Of a stretch of 64,000 bases of DNA, positions 60,270-64,000 are shown piece by piece. This DNA is from Tubulanus polymorphus (lineage: Eukaryota > Animalia > Nemertea). The notes beneath the pieces are model-generated. The model worked only from the letters and a program-made list of their open reading frames with translations, searched no databases and was not told the origin of the DNA. The translations under genes were made by a program, and so were the position numbers. Position 1 is the first letter of the stretch. Each line of letters begins with the position of its first letter. Location of the stretch: the NCBI RefSeq assembly GCF_964204645.1, contig NC_134036.1, positions 9,093,859 to 9,157,858 of the forward strand. The letters are read 5' to 3'.

Positions 60270-60800
60270 AAATATTTCGAATATCAGACAAGGTCCATGT
60301 TCCTTCGTTTGACATAGGGAGGAACATTCCTCCCGAAGTCGATACTTTGAATATCAGACCTGAAGGTCAAATTCTCTTCGTTTGACCTTGGGAGATATAT
60401 TCCTCCCAAAGTCAATTCTTTGAATATCGAGCCCCTTGGTCAAGTTTCCATCGATTGACTTTGGGAGGAATATTCCTCCCAAGGTCAATTTTTACAATAG
60501 CGGTCCTCTTAATTGGTGACACTCAAAGAACGCGCGGCTCAGATTTCTATTGTGCGCCTATCGCGCGCTGCGCGTGAATCACTTACGTTATCTTTTCTGT
60601 AAATGTGAAGACCTCGGGGGCATTATGTTCTCTAAAGCCCAATATTATCCCAAATTCCGGACTGTTAATAGGTTGATTTTACGGCAGAGTCGACATGTTT
60701 CAACAATTTTTAACTGTTCATTTACGCATATTTGAGGACTTATGCACTAAAAATAAGTTAAATTTTTTATACATTTTGAGAAAGTCACAAGACATTTGAG
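60270..60800 (-). repeat. Right copy of the ~530-bp inverted repeat
   Basis: Reverse complement of 16521-17050; ends abruptly at ...ACATTTGAG (60800) against the GPCR fragment. Confidence 0.9.
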
Positions 60801-61070
60801 ACTGCGTTGCATCAGCATCAGCGTTAATTGTATACTGAACAAGAAATCACAGACTGACAAAATGAAAAGATAGTTAGCGTAAGATAAACTGCGGAATTTG
60901 CGACTTGTCATTATGAGGAAAGTAGCTGAATTTCCATAGACTCCAAACAGAAACACGATAGGCAGAATGACCAACGACACAGTACGGTAGGTTCCAGACC
61001 TGTTCTCCACCGACATAAGAACGACGTAACTGCTATACGTTCGACCAATTCGAATCTTAGTTGAATTCAT
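60801..61070 (-). pseudogene. Rhodopsin-family peptide GPCR 5' fragment (N-terminus, TM1, TM2), truncated
   Basis: N-glycosylation sites NST and NRS; TM1 ILPIVFLFGVYGNSATFLIM; ICL1 SRKFRSLS; TM2 YLFILSVCDFLF. The frame then runs into the repeat. Confidence 0.8.
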
Positions 61071-61669
61071 GATTCACGAGAATTAACTCAGTTCGTTATG
61101 CTCCAGACCTGTTCACTACACGCATTATAGCAATGTAACTGTTAAACTGCATCTGAGTTGATTTCATGATTCGATTAAGTGTCAGATGTATGTGGACTGA
61201 TTGTATCCATAGACTGACGCGTCGTGCAAGCTATTTATTGTTCGCATCAAATGAAAAATAAATTCTCAGAAATCTGACTCAATTAACTCAGATTCAGTAA
61301 AAGATTATTAACCCATTAGATCTCAAGGCGCCCGTATGCGCCCTGTCTACTACTCCTCAAACCGCCCGAATCCGCCAGGCACTTTTTTCGTATGCTGCAC
61401 GAAAACGGTTATAGTGGGATTCGAACCCAATAGCTTATAGTAAACTAGACACCTTAGTCCTCGAAATACCAAACAGAAATCAACATCCTCCTATTTCAAT
61501 TTATCGGTTAATTCGAATTTGAAAATGACACATCTGAGCACTCACTTCACATCCAAGTAAGTGGATGAATTTCGGGGCCCAAAAATCATACATCATATGA
61601 AAGCCTTGACTATTTACTACAAAATAACGCTAACTTGTAATCCATGGAAATCGAGATCTGGAATAGAAC

Positions 61670-62547
61670 TCTGCTCCCCCAAGACTGCGGACCCCTTTCG
61701 TAGACAGAAGCGGCTTTCTTAAAATTCCGATTATCCCACTCAACTTTTGGCAAGGAGCAGCGACCTAACTGTCATGATGGTTATGGTAAAGTATTTAGCC
61801 CTAATGATTCGCTGATCTTAAATTATACCGAATACTTCAGAGAGCTTTTATTTACATTTAACACAAATTATTTTGCCTAAAACTTAAGCGATTATTAACA
61901 TTTTGTTCTTAAATAAGATCTAGGTTACTCAAATTAAATATATTTTCAAAATTTTGGATTCATCACAAATTACGGTACAAAACTCATTGTTTCTTTTTGA
62001 ATTATTATAAACACTTTTGATTCGAAAATAAATTGTGATAAATTATCAATCCTAAAATCATTCTATTACCGTTATACTAATTTTTATCAATAATTTATCT
62101 AATTCTATTATGATACAGGAAAAAGCGAAACAACAATGTCTCCCTATACTTCCGTTTTTTCCTTTCATAAAATGTAGCCGGGAGAATCGGTTAGTAACAG
62201 CGAGATCCCTTCATGGGCCACTATTAATACACGGCATTGTTCCGACCCAACCAAATATAATTCCGTCTATTCCAAAGTTTTATATATATGTATATAAATT
62301 TCTGAATGTTTTTCAGATATCGCAGCGGAAGAACCGAGAAAATTTTATTTTCAAACCAGGCTGATGCATTATGGTCAGCGCTGATAGATTGAAGCATCAA
62401 ACAGCATAAAACAACAACTTGCGTTATTCTTACTACATCGTTTGTTGTCTGACACCCATAAAGAAACACCAACGCATACAAGAAACCAAGATTACGAACC
62501 TTTCTTAGCTACTACGATATCTTGCTGCGGATCACTTTGGTACAACA
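61670..62547 (-). mobile_element. Second, partial copy of the solo-LTR family at 12627-13932
   Basis: Collinear similarity with 12988-13932 (e.g. CTTTTGGCAAG.AGCAGC.ACCTAACTGTC and AGCTACTACGA.ATCTTGCTGCGGATCA); ends TACAACA. Confidence 0.75.
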
Positions 62548-63338
62548 GTAGGCTCTAGAGTACCAATGATTGATTTTGATGCTGATTAAACATACACTCA
62601 TGTAAATTACGGAAAGTCCATTTTCAGAATTTCGTTACTTGTAATTTCGTATTTGACATTATGGTGGAAATAGGGAGGTGATCAGAAATCTTATGAAGAA
62701 GGACACCTATATTACTCATTAAGTTTACCATTAAGTTTACCATTCAATATGTTAAACTTTGTTATCATTTGAATACCCCTGCAGTATTCCAAAAAAATAA
62801 ACATTTGCAGCAAGATTCCGCATGTGTTGCATTAGGAGTACCATATAAAATAGCAGAAAATCAATCTGCATACCCTGAGTTGGTTGCTCAGCATAAGAGT
62901 AAAAACCATAACAGGAATATTTTCCTTACGGCTGACGCACATCTCTTATATTGATGATTTTGAAAATCTTCACAGACGGATCATTTTTGGTAACAACCCG
63001 ATCATTGGTTTATTTTTCACTCTTAGTTTATTTTTAAATCTAGTTAAAACACATAATTTGACGCTTGAGTTACAACGGAATATGAAAATTCTATTCGAGC
63101 TTTTTCTTAAAGCACACGAGTCGTCGGTAAGCTATGGTTGAGTTTCGATATTTCCCAATTCACCAAAAGTATATCCGATAATAAACCAACACTACGAATG
63201 ATTAGGAACATACTCCGTTACTACAATTGTAACTGCGCTCATTACTTTCGTCACACATATTATTGTTTTCCTCGCATCTGTCGTATCCTAAAAGCGTGAA
63301 ATTGAGTTTAAAAATACTGTATTGACCCCCAGTCACGA

Positions 63339-64000
63339 ATGAAAACCGGTCAAAAAGACATTGAAAAAATTCAGCTCAAATTCTATAAAGACTTATATAG
63401 AAAAGAAGAAACGGATTTAGAAACCCAAAATATATTCCTGACTAATTTACCTCAAATCTCTAATCAAAAGAAACTTCAGCATGACTCCGAAATAGATATC
63501 GACGAATTAACAAATTCAGTAAAATCTTTTCAAAATAATAAATACCCCGGTATAGACGGACTACCTATTGAATTTTATAGAATATTTTGGCATACTCTCC
63601 GAAATGACTTTCTACAATTAATACATGCGTGTATACAAGAAAATAGACTTTCTAAATCAATGCAAACCGGTATTATATCATTAATTCATAAGAAAAATGA
63701 CAAAACAGACTTGAAAAATTGAAGACCAATCTCGATACTATGTACAGAACACAAAATATTCACAAAAGTTCTCGCTAACAGATTAATTAACTGCCTAACA
63801 AACAAAATACACCCAGATCAGGCATGTTGTGTTAAGGGACGTCGAATCCAAGACAATGGCCATATAATTAGAGACTTAATTGATTACGTTAATTATGATA
63901 ATTTAGAAGCATTTTTAGTAACCATCAATCAAATGAAAGCTTTCGATCGCTTTGACTGGCAATATATGTTCAAAACTTTAGAATCTTTCGGTTTTTGAGA
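63339..64000 (+). pseudogene. L1/Tx1-clade LINE ORF2 reverse transcriptase fragment
   Basis: FYKDLY, KYPGIDGLPIEFY..FW, GIISLIHKK, KN*RPISILCTEHKIFTKVLANRL, IHPDQ and KAFDR; contains in-frame stops. Confidence 0.9.

Overview
AT-rich animal (probably marine invertebrate) genomic DNA with spliceosomal introns, made up almost entirely of nested transposable elements. The centrepiece is a very young 11.3-kb env-carrying Ty3/gypsy LTR element on the minus strand (30990-42315). It has apparently identical 593-bp LTRs, a CATC target-site duplication (TSD), a tRNA-Ala-type primer-binding site, gag-UAG-pol in one frame, an integrase chromodomain and an F-type env broken by a 5-bp duplication. Between env and the 3' LTR it carries what looks like a multi-exon, intron-containing ANTISENSE gene whose introns are all phase 1. 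The window also holds a complete 10.6-kb CACTA/EnSpm element (44708-55270) and a decayed one (about 1510-11911); in both, the transposase lies inside an intron of a spliced SAMD3-like accessory gene that begins with a CIDE-N-like or a SAM domain. Also present: an intron-rich Sola1-like (DUF7869-type) DDD transposase gene with a tandem array of micro-exons, a MULE-like element with a 10-bp TSD, two copies of a solo LTR, CR1/L2 and L1/Tx1 LINE relics, a tRNA-derived SINE, several MITEs, a ~530-bp inverted repeat spanning 44 kb, and GPCR pseudogene fragments. All family calls are from motif recognition by eye; no searches were run. Several frameshifts fall in homopolymers and may be assembly errors.
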